Assembly: GCA_013265495.1 (NCBI GenBank)
Contig: MU058065.1
Coordinates: 8,246,302 to 8,310,301, forward strand
Length of the DNA stretch: 64,000 nucleotides
Source of the DNA: Vicugna vicugna
Taxonomy: Eukaryota
Direction of reading: 5' to 3'
The translations under genes were made by a program, and so were the position numbers. The notes under the pieces were generated by a model, which had not been told where the DNA came from, did no database searches, and saw only the letters and a list, made by a program, of their open reading frames with translations. Shown here piece after piece: positions 12,124-25,136 of the stretch (position 1 is its first letter; each line of letters begins with the position of its first letter).

Positions 12124-15100
12124 TTACCTCTTGCCTAGGGTATTATAACAGAAGCTGTGAGGTACAGAGAAAGTACTAGAATTGCAGGAAAATGGAAGAG
12201 TCAAGAGTTTCAACAAGAGTATTCTCATCAATTGATAATGACTGATGATATTAAAAGCAGCAAGATTTACAGCTGACATGTACTTTGAAGCAGAAAAAAA
12301 GGCAAATCTATCCCAACTCCAACACATTTTGAGAAAAAAGCTCTTTTTAAATAATTGAAACCCATGGGGCATTTTCAGTGTACCAGACAGAGAGCCAAGC
12401 CCTTGACGCAGATTTTCCTCAGTTAATCTTCATCAGACTCCCTGTGAGTTGCTACCATTATTGTCCCCATTTGACAGATGGGAAAATGGAGGCTTCAGGA
12501 GATTCAATAACACACCCATGGCTACAGAGCAAAGACTAAGGTTTGAATCCTTGTCACAGCCTGCACACTTGGCCACAGGACCTACGTCTCTTTCTCTGCC
12601 TCGGAATGAGGGCAATGCTCTGATACCAGCTAGCGGAAGGTGTCCCTTTGCCAAGGGACAGGTCTGAATGTCCTCTTCCCCAAAATTCATGTCATTTGGA
12701 CGTCTCAAAGTCTGCAAAATTAGAGGGCTGAGCTAGACAACTCTCCAAATTCTCTTGCAGGTCTTATAAGCCTGTGGTTCCTAACACTGAGCCATGGCAC
12801 TGGCAACTTGAACAATGCAAAGGAAATCAAGTGATGCCTCTGAGCCTGGGATTCAGAGTGACTTTTCTTACCCAGGGTCCTCTGGTTCCAGGCACCTGGA
12901 GGAATAGGGTACAGCCACCTAGGCAGGAGGTCCTGAGGGGAGGGATCATGTCTAACTCATCCCTGCATCCCTGGAGCCCAATACAATGCTGGGCCCCTTG
13001 GGACACGTGTGATGTTATAAAAGAAAGTGCCTCAAATCACAATGGCCGCAGTGAGACCTCAGCCCTCTGAGACCCTCATACCATTTTGGAGAGTTTCCCA
13101 GAGTGCTGCCTTATCCAGGTCCAGGAACAAGTCCATGAGGGTGATTCACTCTGCCTTATCCCCAAGACACTGCCTCAGCCATCACCCTCCTATGATATTC
13201 CTACTGGGTACCACTGCCCTGTAACTGCCACTAATTCCACCACTCTGACCTCAAGGGAGGGGATGCTGCTCACTGCTCTGCTGCTGTGTCCCAAGCAGCA
13301 GCACTTGATAGATAAGACTTTCTTAGCCGCTCTAGCATCACTAAGACCAAGCTGTAAATCTTAGGGAGACTTTTCTCTAAGTCTGGGATTAATGGATGAA
13401 ATTAGGAAAACTGAGAATTATCAAACACTCTTGCCCCATACCAGGCTTATCCTTTGGATGTGTGGGGATCCACTAATACAAGGCAGCCCTCCCTGGCCCT
13501 AACGTGCACGCACACCAGAAATATCCCAGGGCTGTTCTTTATCTTGGGGTGTTAGCTGAGAAGATAACCTACTCAGGGGAGAATGCATACTTTTTTTTCT
13601 TCCTAATATAAGTCCCTTCTCCTTAGGTCCTTATGACCAGCATCCAGTTAAATTTGTGCCATGATGATTAACAATGACAGTACCTGTTTGCTTCAAAGAC
13701 AGGCCCTCCCCTCATTCCCCACGAGGGTGTGTCTCACCCAGATAAGACAATCACAGAATGGTCGGACATTGGTCCATTCCTTCATTTGGCTTCTCCAGTC
13801 TTATCTACCACGCACCTTGTTAATGACTGAATGAATGACCTGACCTAAACCAAGGTACCCACCCTGATTCCAACCAATAAGCCCTGCACCAAGCATCTTC
13901 TTAAGTATTCAGAAAGCTTCCCCTTCTCAGCAGAGCCTATAAATTTTTAGCACAACTCCCAACCCTGTGAATACCACCCTCCCTTCCTCTGGCTGTTGTC
14001 TGTTCCCTAAGCCCAAGATCATTAATCACTCTGCTGCCTGCCAAGCCCTTCCTGTCAGCAACTGTTCCTTCTGACCCTCCCTGTCAATCTCTTTCCCTGG
14101 CTTGGCCCCTGACAGAGCAGAGTGGAAGCTCACACCTGTCGGAATAGGGTGGACAAAATCAATCAACAGGGGCATGAATCTATCTCACGGCCCGCTCCCT
14201 GTCCTCCATCATTTCACCCCTCTACTTCTCAAGAGCATGCCAGGATTAAAAACAATTTTTTTTCCCCTCAATCGGCCAAAGGGAAGTGGTGGCAAGAGAA
14301 AGTAGGAATGAATTTAAGGGGAACCAACAACAATAATTGGAGAGCCCTGCAGAGCTCTGGAAGCACCCGATGTCTGGCTGCAGCAGGCACTCGGAGAAGT
14401 TCTCCAACTTAGAGCCAGAGCCCCACAGGGAGAAAACCCAAATAGGCGTGCACAGGAGAGACAGAAAGTGATGCTTTGCTTGGAGGCCTCATTGCCTTAT
14501 TTTTGTTAAAGCCTGCTGCCTCATTTCAAGGCCCTGGTCATATGGGAATGAATGAACTTAGTGACTGGTGTCTCAGTTGGATGAAAATTGTAAAGTAGGC
14601 CACTCTTGTCTTCTCTGAGCTCCTGGCAGTGTCAGCTCTTTGTGCTAAAAGGAGCAGACGCAAGAGCCTCCCTTCCACTCCCAGGAAGCCTGCTTTAATG
14701 GTGACCTGCTGGGAAACGTGCCCCATCCTTTGTCATCTAAATCCTTCACGACTCTAATGTTAGGAATTGTAGCCCTGATAAGAAGGGAGGGTGTCCTAGG
14801 CAGGTGGGTATAGGAGATATTTTTAGGCAGCCAGAGAACCCATCAAATCACGGAGGCCCACACACTCCACCTGTGTGTCAGCTTTAAATTTGGATCGAAC
14901 TTTTGGTGGCACAAAAGATTCACTGCCCCTGGGAGGGCTCATTCTCCCACACTGCTGTCTCCAGTTATTCTGCCCTCCAGTATCCAGCTGGCTCCAACTC
15001 AGCCTGAAGAAGATCAGGTGGCCAGACCAGCCTCGCCAGACTAGCCATCTGTCTCAGCTGAGGGTGAGGGTCCTGCCTGTCCCAAGGCTGTTGATGCATC

Positions 15101-16435
15101 TGCCCTAGAAAGATTTTAAAGCCTGTGTTTTCATGGGTACCACTAATAAGATTTGGATGCCAGTAGAGTGACTCTACCACCTCAGGAAAGCCAGGCCAAG
15201 TGCCCAGTCTCTGCATGGACATTTTGGAAAATGGAACCCAACATCAGCTAGGTGAGGGAGAATGAATAGGGGTGGAATTGTCAAGAGGAGTGGCTTCTGG
15301 TCCTGGCTCTGCCACTCAGTAAACATGTGACCTTGGACATCATTTCCCCTCTTTGGGCCTCAGTTTCCTCCTCTGAAAAATGAGAATGTCAGATAGGATG
15401 TGTCTCAGTTTCCTTTTTGCTCTTTCTTTTTATAAATCCAGTATCTTTCAAGATGATCAAATATCTGTATGCATCATCCAGATAAAATCTACAATAAGTC
15501 AGTGGAGTTTGAAGTTGTGATGTGTCCATATTTGAGGCTCATACTTTCCTTAATTTTATTAATATTTTGTGCAGAAGTGTTTTGTTGTATTTGGGAGAGG
15601 TGGACTGGGGGAGGTTGGGTAGTGTCTCATTCTACTTTATTTTCTGATGTAGACACAGCCAAAAGGTTTAGATTAATTTGGGTAGACTGCTCCCAAGTTC
15701 TTGTATCTCTTGTCTGCTCTGAGGTGACTTTCTGGTGCTAGAGTCTCTATTCTTAATCCATCTGTATGAATTGGATCATTTTTATTGCAAGGGAGAGAAA
15801 ACTCAACTCTAACGGACTAAAGCCAAGCAAAGAAAATGTGTTGTCTCATATGTCTGAACCATTGTCACTAAAATACATTTCTTTCCTTTCTTCTCAGTCC
15901 TGCATTTTCTGCATCTCCCCAGGTCGTAGGTAGGATAACCTTTATGATCACAAGAGAACATCCAGAAACTCCCAGGGTTGCATACATCTGTTTTGAAGCC
16001 CATGTCAGTTCATTTGAGTTGCAGACAACGGAAAATCTGACTTAAGTTCGCGTAATCAATAAAAAAGTTTTCACCTCACACAAGAAGAAATCCAAAGATG
16101 TAGTGAGACCTTGATTGGTTAATCAAGTGCCTTAACAATGTCATTAAGGAACCAAGTTTTTTCTACTCCTACATTTCCAGTGTCAATTCTTCTCTTGGAA
16201 GAAGAGCCCTCATGGTCACATAATGGCTACTAAAATTCCAAGTGTCATATCTAGACATTACAATTCAGGGAAATAAGTCAAACTACCTCTTCCTCCAACT
16301 CTTTCTTCAGAAAACAGAAGTGTTCCCCCAAAATCTCCTAGAAGACTTCTCATGTTTTATGGTATAGAATTGCCCGTTTTCTCATTCTTCAAAGAACCAC
16401 TGACAAGTGGGTAAAATTACCATATTAGCTTATAT

Positions 16436-16677
16436 CAGTGGGTTTCAACCAGGAAATGCCACTGATCTAATATATTGTCTCACAGGGGCCATTTGACAAT
16501 ATCCAAAGACATTGTTGGTTGTCACAAATGCGGTGGGGGGTGCTACTGGCATCTAGTGGGTGAAGGTGCTGTTAATCATCCTAGATGCACAGGGACAGCT
16601 CCCCACCCCCACCTCACCCCCCCCAAAAAAACCTATCTGGTCCAAAATGTCAGTAGTGCTGAGGCTGAGAAACCCTT
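16436..16677. mobile_element. MER20 (hAT-Charlie) DNA transposon
   Basis: CAGTGG..GACATTGTTGGTTGTCACAA..TGCTACTGGCATCTAGTGGGT..CAAAATGTCAGTAGTGCTGAGGCTGAGAAACCCT. Confidence 0.85.
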
Positions 16678-18245
16678 ACTTAGACAATCACTTAGGGTGG
16701 AATTGCTAGCGGAGAATCAACCATAATACCTTCTACAATATTCTGTCTGGAAAACCAGAACAGTCTTTGCTCCAGCATTTCTAACAAAATCTCACTGCAT
16801 TTTACCGTTCTGACTGCATTACATGTCCATCCCTGAACCAGTTACTATGTACAGGAGAACTATATGCAATGGTTGGTTTAAGCCTAGGTCACATGTTCCA
16901 CCTCTGAGCCGGGAATGAGCCAACTCTACTTGAAGACATGATCTGAGAACTGGGGAAGAAAGGATAATACCCCAGAGAGAACTGGAAATGGTAACAAGAT
17001 GAAGTGAATAGATGCTAGGCAGCAGAAACAAAACAAACAAACAAAAGGCCAGATGCTGACCACCCCTCTCAAAAAGCCATCTCTCTGACAGACAAGAGAG
17101 GCAAGAATTGTGTTTGTACTTGAACCCAAAATAGCAGTAACAGCGGAGGGAGGTCAGTGGGACTGTCTAGGAAGACTCCAGGCTGCTCCTGTGCATTGCT
17201 CATTCCACGTGGCAGGTAGAAGTCCTGTGGCCTTAATTACCTCCACCCAGGCAGCACTTTTAACCTACGGAGATGCTCAGTCAACCTGGCAAAGTGAAAG
17301 AAACAGGAGCAGAGAAGGGGGAGGGAGAGGAGGAGGTGGCAGCTAAGAATGGTGTGGAGAGAAGGAGAGCTGGGGTACAAGTGTGCTGTGTGTCCACAAC
17401 CCCAGATGACTTCTCTGCCCTGGAGCTGAGCCCTGTGGACTGCATCATCCAGGCCTCCTCATCCTCTGGCTTCTAGTTGGCTTTGGTCAATGGCTGGCAA
17501 GGTCAGGAGATAAAAGAGGGGGAAAAGAGAGAAAGTCAGATATTTATTCCTCCTGCTTCCTCCTGGATTTGTCACGGTCGGACAGTGTCTACATCCCACT
17601 AGTGTTTCTGTTGGGTGATTCCCCTTCCATGGTGCCCTGTTCATTTAGGCTCCATAACACTACCTCCTCCCTTTGTGCCCTCAGGCCTAAAGGTGACTCA
17701 ATGCTCCACATTTGTTCCCTTACTCATACCTACATTTGTATAGAGTATCTTCATTAGGAAGTCTATGAATGTGTTTCAGAACCCCCCAAGGAATGTGTTG
17801 TAACAGGCAGGTGGCAGATGCAAGGTCCACTCCAGCCAGATGGTCACACCAGGTTACCACGTGCCTTGATCACACCTTGATTCCATGAGTCTAAGGAATA
17901 GCCACTCACACCTGTTCTTCAGGACCTAGCCATCTTGGGAAGCCTAACAGTTAAAATGATGGGTTGAGGTTTATTTTCCCTCTCTTTTCCCAATCTTTGC
18001 CAATCTCTTTACCTTATTGTCTAACCAAGTAGAAAGTGTGCTCACCACACTATACTTGATAATGGTGGCTACCATTTCTCAAACACTTCTAATATGCCAG
18101 GCACTGTACCAAACACTTTATATGCTTTATGTCATTTAATCTGCACAACAAAAGTATGGGTTACATACTGTTTTATGCATTTCATAGAAGAGGGAACTGA
18201 GGCTCAGACATTTAAGTAATTTTCCCAAGAACAAACAGCTGGTAT

Positions 18246-18660
18246 GTGGCTATGGTGGTTCACATTGGTGGTCACCAATATTTCTAACTTTCTTTGCCTT
18301 CCTAGATACATGGGAAAACTGTATTTCCTGTCTCTCTCTGCAACTGGGCAGGGTCTTGTGGCTAGTGTCGCCAATGTATTGTGGCTTCAAGTGACAAGAT
18401 ACTCCTGGGCTGACACATTTCAGAGCTGGCTTGTGGTCTTCAGTGCATGATCCCTCTGCCACTGCAGTCATGGGGCATGTGTTGAGATGGGGGTGCCATG
18501 AGACTAAAGTGGCTTGACTGCTGAGCCACTACATGAAGGGAGCTGCCCTGCACAGTCACGCGAACCTGCACTGACTTAATGAAAAGGCTAAATAAACTTT
18601 TACTGTGTTAAGAAATGAAAAATGTACTGTGATTTGTTATTACAGCATAAACCTAACCAT
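18246..18660. mobile_element. Old MaLR LTR (MLT1I/J-like), next to a MIR
   Basis: CCCTCTGCCAC..TGTTGAGATGG..AATAAACTTT..TTTGTTATTACAGCATAAACCTA pattern. Confidence 0.6.
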
Positions 18661-20133
18661 TTCAAAAAATGGAAGCAGAGTCTTGGATTACATAAACAGC
18701 TTGGTCACTAATCAGTTGTATGACTTCAGAGATGGGTTACAATCTGGGCCTCAGTCTGTGAAACGTTTGCCTGGGATGAGAAGAGCAATGTGGTTCATTG
18801 TAGTTTACCTTTCTATGAAATACACTGCAGGAGCCTGAATTTGAGCCAGGCTCTTACATGTGAGTGGAGAACACGTCTCTGGTTTCCCTCTCACTGCCTG
18901 CCACGGTCACCTGATACTAGCTCCCAGCACTTCCTCTTCCTCTCCAAGGCTCCTGGCTGGTGCCTGAAGCCACCCGCATGGCCCCCCCTCTCTGCCACTT
19001 CCCCAGCCCAGAGCCATCTGTTGGGGTTTTCAGTTTGGGGACGCTCCTGGGGGGAATGACTAGCCAGCCTGCTCTGTGTCGGCTACAGCCCTGCTGCCCA
19101 CCGCTTGTACCCATGACTGTGCGGGCTTCTCCGAACTCTTTTTCTGGGAAAGCAAATGGAACTATTAAATATTCAAAACGCCTGCAATGAGGCAGTGGAT
19201 GTGATAGGCGGAATCTGCTTCTCGATTGTCTGGAGAGGGCAGTTGCCTTCTCAGAGTCAGGCTGGGAGAAATGGTCTCAACTGAAGATCCCCCAGCTCCT
19301 CTGGATGTGTCACTGATGTGTCCACCCCATATCTGGTCTCAGAACATGCGGGCTTTTGTCCTTCCTGGGGACAGAGCCATCCGCTGAGCAGTCCTCTTTG
19401 GTAGCATATTATCTTATCTGAGTGACATGTGACTATGCATGGAACTCTGGGCATCTGAGATGTACACATACATTCATAGCCTTAAATGGAAAGGTAATGT
19501 GTATTCATACCCCAAACTCCCCCAGTTTATAGTGAACAGTGATACTCACACCCTGTAAACTGTAGTCATGTACATACGCATAAGCCTGTTTTAACAGAGA
19601 GCCCACTTGAGGCAATGTGGCTTTTTAAAAAGCCTGTTTTTAATGGCTACCCAAATAGAGAGACAGAAATATTGATTTTTAGATACATATGTAGCAATAA
19701 TAAAACCTTGAATTTATGTACCTTCTTTTTCCTGAGGAATTACAGGATATGTCAAGTCTCCCCCTATATAGACAGCACAAAATTTCACTGTGCGTATGTT
19801 GTGAAGTGGAATTAATATAAACACAAAGCCCCATAACATCTTGGTTTATGTCACCTTGCACCTCATACACTTTGAGCACCTGGGTTCACACACCTTCTGA
19901 AATAAGGGAGGCTCGGGTTCTGTAAATCATAACAAGATGATGTAATGTAAAACCATCCATGTGCATGCTATACAACCCTATGTTCTAAATAATGTCACCT
20001 GGAGATGAAAAAAAATTGTATCTGCCCTTTCTGCAATGTTTATCATTTCTGCTTTTTCAGATTAGACATGGTTATTGACATAGAAAATTGTTATATGGGT
20101 ATATGATTGTGCCAAAAAGTCCCTTAAGCTATC

Positions 20134-21091
20134 TGTGATATTGTGATTTACAGGAAAAGTAGATATTTGGTTATTCAGAAGACCAAATATCTATGAGAAA
20201 TAGTCACATGTCACTCAGACAAGATAATATGCTACCAAAGAGGATTTCTCATAGAGATTTGGTCTCCATCCATGCTTTCTGGTTCACAGCTCTCCAAACA
20301 CTTGGAATTTCCTGAGCAATGAGAACATTGGGATAATATTTGGTCTCTTGTCCTCAGTTCCTGAAAACATTTCAGAAAAGGTGACTTTTGGATCTCACCC
20401 AAGGTGGGGGAGCTGGTGCCAGGAGAACAAACCAGGTGATTAGAGGGTTGGAACTTTTAGTCCCACCCCCTGATTTCTAGGGAGGGGAGAGGACCTTGTA
20501 GTTGACTCAGTTGCCATCGGCCAATGATTTCATCAATCAAAATTATGCGATGAAGCCTCCATTAAAACCCAAAAAGGACAGGGTTTGGAGAGCTGCCAGG
20601 TTGGTGAACATGTGGAGACACAAGGAGAGTAGTGCATCTGGAGAGAGCATGGAAGCTCCTTGCCCCTTCCCGCATGCCTTGCCCTGTGCATCTCTGGCTG
20701 TTGGTTTGTATCCTTTTGTCTCCTTTTATAATAAATCAGTAATCTAGTGAGTGAATGGGTCTTCTTGAGTTCTGTCAACAATTCTAGCAAATTAATTGAA
20801 CCTGAGGAGGAAGTTGTGGGAACCTCTGATTTATAGTTAGTTGGTCGAAAGTTACCTGAACTTTTGGACTTGAAATTGGCATCTGAAGGTGGTCTTGTAG
20901 GACTGAGCCCTTTACCTGTGGAATCTGATGCTATCTCTGGGTAGATAATGACAGAATTGAATTGTATTCTCATACACCCTGCTGGTTTTGTAGAATTGCT
21001 TGTTGAGGTGGGGAAACAGACATGCATGCGCTCACATGCGTGCGCGCACACACACACACACACACATGCTGGAATTAGGGGATCCTATTTA
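20134..21091. mobile_element. ERV solo LTR, MER21-like
   Basis: Starts TGTGATATTGTGATTT; contains GTGATTAGAGGGTTGGAACTTT, AATAAA and AAATTAATTGAACCTGAGGAGG blocks; possible TSD CTATC (20129-20133 and 21092-21096). Confidence 0.75.
21046..21066 (+). repeat. (CA)n microsatellite
   Basis: Perfect CA run preceded by alternating purine-pyrimidine GCGTGCGCG. Confidence 0.9.
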
Positions 21092-21913
21092 CTATCCACT
21101 TGTGCTCTTGACTGTGTATAATGAGTAAATACCTCAGTATAAAAAAGTAATAAAACACGAGGTTGCCCCTCTAATTCTAGCATGCATTTTCATAAACTGG
21201 AGCCAGGGTGATGGAGGGTATTTAGTATATGGGCATGTCTCAGAATTCTGTTGGTTCAAACAGCGTGGGACACTGAGTCCTGACTCTGAATGTTCATGGT
21301 TGTGTGACTTTGGCCACTTAATGTCTCTGTGCCTGTTTTCTCATCTGCAAATGAAAGAGAACCAACTTTGTAGAGTGATATAAAGATTAAATGAGAAAAT
21401 TAACATAAAGCACTTCACGTGGTATCTAGCACATGATCAACTCTCAGTAATAGTTGGATATTCCCATTATGACTGCAGTGATCCCCAGCCCCATGTGCTG
21501 ACACGGCCAGAGGCCACTCAGTGCAAGGCATCATTTACGTGCCATAAACTCTGCCCCTCCCCAAGCATCTGAAAAAGCAAAAAGGATTAAATATAATCAG
21601 AGACCTAATTCATGTCCTGGTTGTCCAACCCTCATCCACAACAGACAAATGAATGAATTTTTGCTCTCACAAATTCCCAGCTGTGATCATGTTTTCTAAC
21701 TTCCTCAGCAAACAACACAATCTCTTCCCATCACCAGCTCTCCAACTTTGACATGCTGTCATACTTCTCTTCTAATCTCCAGACTACCTCCTGGTCCTGG
21801 TCCTGTTACCCAGCAATTCTTCTATGCACCCCTGCAGTTAGGAACCCCAGAAAAACTAGCCTAGTCAACCTTCTCTTCCAGTTCACCTATGTGGGGAACA
21901 TGAGTGTGAGTGA

Positions 21914-21937
21914 TGTGTGTGTGTGTGTGTGTGTGTA
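21914..21937 (+). repeat. (TG)n microsatellite
   Basis: Perfect TG run. Confidence 0.9.
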
Positions 21938-23388
21938 GAATGAACAAAGCGTGTAGAAAGAAAGGCCTGGGTACGGATTCTAGGCATGTCCTTTAGTGTA
22001 AGTCACTTGACCTCTCTAAGTCTTTGTTTCCTTATCTAGAAAATGTGACCCTTGACCCCTACATTAGAGGACTGTGGCAAGAACAGAATGAGAACACACA
22101 TATTAAGCAAGCTCCCAACACTGCTAAAGAGAAGCATGGATTAGCCCTAAGTAAGAAGGAGCTTGCTGCAAATTCCTTGCTTAGTGGAATGTTTGCAGTT
22201 CTATTGGGCAAGATAACTCCTTGTTAGCTGAAATAAAATCCTGTGCCTCCTTGAGAATTATCTTCTCTGAGCATTTTCACTGAGAGGCAGTCCTAGCTAG
22301 GGCTGGCAAGATTTGTGCAATTCACACATACTTGCAAAATTCAAGAACATTATCTCTTACTGACAGACCGTAATGACTGTAATAAACAGGGAAGCCTCTG
22401 TTCTAATAAACAAGTAATTATAGTCGACAATAAATGTGTAAACATGATGCTAATTAGCAAATCTCATAGCTGTTCCCAGTTTGGGGGGCCCATGTAGGCA
22501 TGCTTGGGAATGTGGATAAGACCAGGCATCCCATAAGATTATGAATATGTGAGCTGTAGGTGCCACATTCCTGGTCAATCCTTTTTTTTTTTCCCTCTTT
22601 TAATAGAAAGTATTATGTTTAAGTCAAGAAAATGAGGTCATTTTAGCATCTTGTTTTCTCAATGTAATCCTTTTAAACTCAGGTTTCCTAGTAACCTTGG
22701 GAGACTATAATTTATTACACAAAGTGCCTTTAGATATGGGGAAACTGATCTCATTATCTGGGTTATTTCCAAACTTAGATACAGAGATGTGGCTTGTCAA
22801 TCCTTGGGATTTAGGAATGATGGGTGATAGAAGGCTGAAAGGAGAAGACGGTTAAGATTAATAAACAGTCTTTAACCAACAAATTGTCTTTATGGAACAA
22901 AGAAAGGCCACACGGGGAACAGTGACCCAAATGGAGGTTCTGTCTTGCTTACAGGCAGATGGGCTGTAGCTTGAAGTTTTTCTTCCAAAGCAGGCAGCAT
23001 TTTCATTTGTGCTTCCTGCGGGATGGGTAGCAAAATTATTTTCAATCAGGAGCAACCACAATTAATACTTGATCACAAGCAAAAATCCTGTATGCCGTAA
23101 CTATAAATATTTTCTAAGAAATTCTTTTTTATTTTTTTGAATTGATGTGGTTAGCAAAAGAAAGACAGGCATGCTTTTCTACTAATCTTTCTTCTTTTAT
23201 TATTCTATTAATTGTCCTCATAAGGATCTTTTTCCCCTTTAGTTCCTCTTTCTCTCACAGTTCTAAGGCCATAAGTTTATCTAAGAGGTATTCATGGATA
23301 ATGAGTAGGAAGAAGCAATATTGCCCAGTGTTAAAGATACTGACTTGTGGTTCAGAAAGACTTGGTTTTGATCCTTACTTTACTACTG

Positions 23389-23803
23389 TTTCAGTCAGGT
23401 AAGTTAGGTTATGCTGCAGTAACAAACAGTACCACATTATCAGTTTCTTAACACAAAAGTTTATTTAGCCTTTTCGTTAAGTCAGTGCAGGTTCGAGTGA
23501 CTATGCAGGGCAGCTCCTTCATGTAGTGGCTCAATAATCCAAGCCACTTTAGTCTCATGGCACCTCCATCTCAACACAAGCCCCATGACTGCAGTGGCAG
23601 AGGAATCAGGCATTGAAGACCACATGCTGGCTTTGAAATGTGTCAGCCCAGGAGTATCTTGTCACTTGAAGTCACAATGCACTGGCAACACTAGCCACAA
23701 GACCCTGCCCAATTGCAAGGAGAGATAGGAAATATAGATTTCTACATACCCAGGAAGGGGAGGAGAATCAGAAATATTGGTGACCACTGGTATGAACCAC
23801 CAT
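23389..23803. mobile_element. Old MaLR LTR (MLT1I/J-like) inserted in a MIR
   Basis: CAGGTAAGTTAGGTTATGCTGCAGTAACAAAC start; CCTCCATCTCAACAC; MIR halves on both sides. Confidence 0.6.
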
Positions 23804-23999
23804 AGCCACATACCAGCTGTTTGATCTTGGGCAAATTACTTAACTGTCTGAGCCTCAGTTCCCTCTTCTATAAAATGTGGAAAACAGTAGTATCTAACCC
23901 ATAATTTTGTTGTGCATATGAAATGAGATAAAGCATGTAAAATGTCTGGCACTGTGTCTGGCATATTAGAAATGTTCAAGAAATGATAGATCTCCAATC

Positions 24000-24570
24000 C
24001 ACTCCCTACCTAGCAATCAGAGTGACCTTTTGAAAATCAGAAATCCATTACTTAAAATTCTTCAGTGGCTTCAACTCACTTAGAATTAAATGCAATCTCT
24101 TTCACCATTGTTAACAGGACTTTATATGGTACGATTCTTGTCCTCCTCTCCAATTTCACCTTCCATCACCACTCCCCTCATTCCCTAGCCTTCAGTCATG
24201 CTGGTGTTTCCCTAACATGCTACATCATTTCCACCTCAAGTTCTATGCTTGCTGACTTCTCTGATTTTAACAATCTACTTCAGATCTTCATTAGTTCCTC
24301 TTCATCCTTTGGTAGGCATTCAGGAAGCCTTCCCTATCCTCATCATCTGTTTCCCTCTAGTCAGTACATGTGCTAGTGGGTCATTCCCCATCACACCACC
24401 TGTTTCATTTCTTTATGGCACTTATCACCATATGAAATTACTTTATGTATTTGCCTACTTACCTGTTTTCCACACTAGGATGTGGACTTTGTAACAGAAA
24501 ACCCTTCATGTGTCATGCTTCCCACTGAATCTGTGTCACTAGGAATGGTCCACGCTCCAGTGGTGAATGC
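24000..24570 (+). mobile_element. L2 LINE fragment
   Basis: GCAATCAGAGTGACCTTTTGAAA..CTTCAGTGGCTTC..CACTTAGAAT pattern. Confidence 0.65.
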
Positions 24571-24760
24571 ACAAATCTATTCTCAGCACCTTTTCCACGT
24601 CCCTGTATTGCCTCTTTTTAATATTGATTTGGAACTTCTTCTTTACTCATTTCTGTCTGGAGAGGAATATCAACTCAGAGCAGGAGAATGGCCAGCCGTG
24701 CTCATGTGGTGGCTGAGAGCAGGAAGGTGAGGTTCTGGCTCTGAGTTTTGTCTTCTAAGC

Positions 24761-24945
24761 CAGTGTTCTCCACAGAGGAGAGCTCAAGTGCCAGCTGTTT
24801 CAGAATAGCCTAAGAAACTAGACAAAAAGACATATCCCAAGTCTCATACTAGACATACTAAGTCAGAATGTATAGAAATGAGAGTCTACCTGGGGAATCT
24901 GCACTTTTACCAAGCACCCAAGCTGATCTTTAAGGCACACTTAGA
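24761..24945. mobile_element. MER5-type element
   Basis: CAGTGTTCTC..TCAGAAT..GGAATCTGCACTTTTACCAAGCACCC. Confidence 0.55.
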
Positions 24946-25136
24946 CTCCAGAGGAGCTCTCCTAGGTCCTAAGTCCACCAATTAAGTATACCAAAATACT
25001 TCTCTTTCCTGGTGATCTCTCACATGTACACTTACATTGTCTTGTGAATGATCAAACTCCCCATCTGAGATCAAGGTAGAGTGCCTTGGGGCACAGAAAG
25101 TACAGGCACAATTGACTGATGCTCTCGGTGCTTTAA

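Noticed and set aside
20533..21063. 176-aa ORF
   Set aside because: Lies within a solo LTR and begins in a (TG)n microsatellite.
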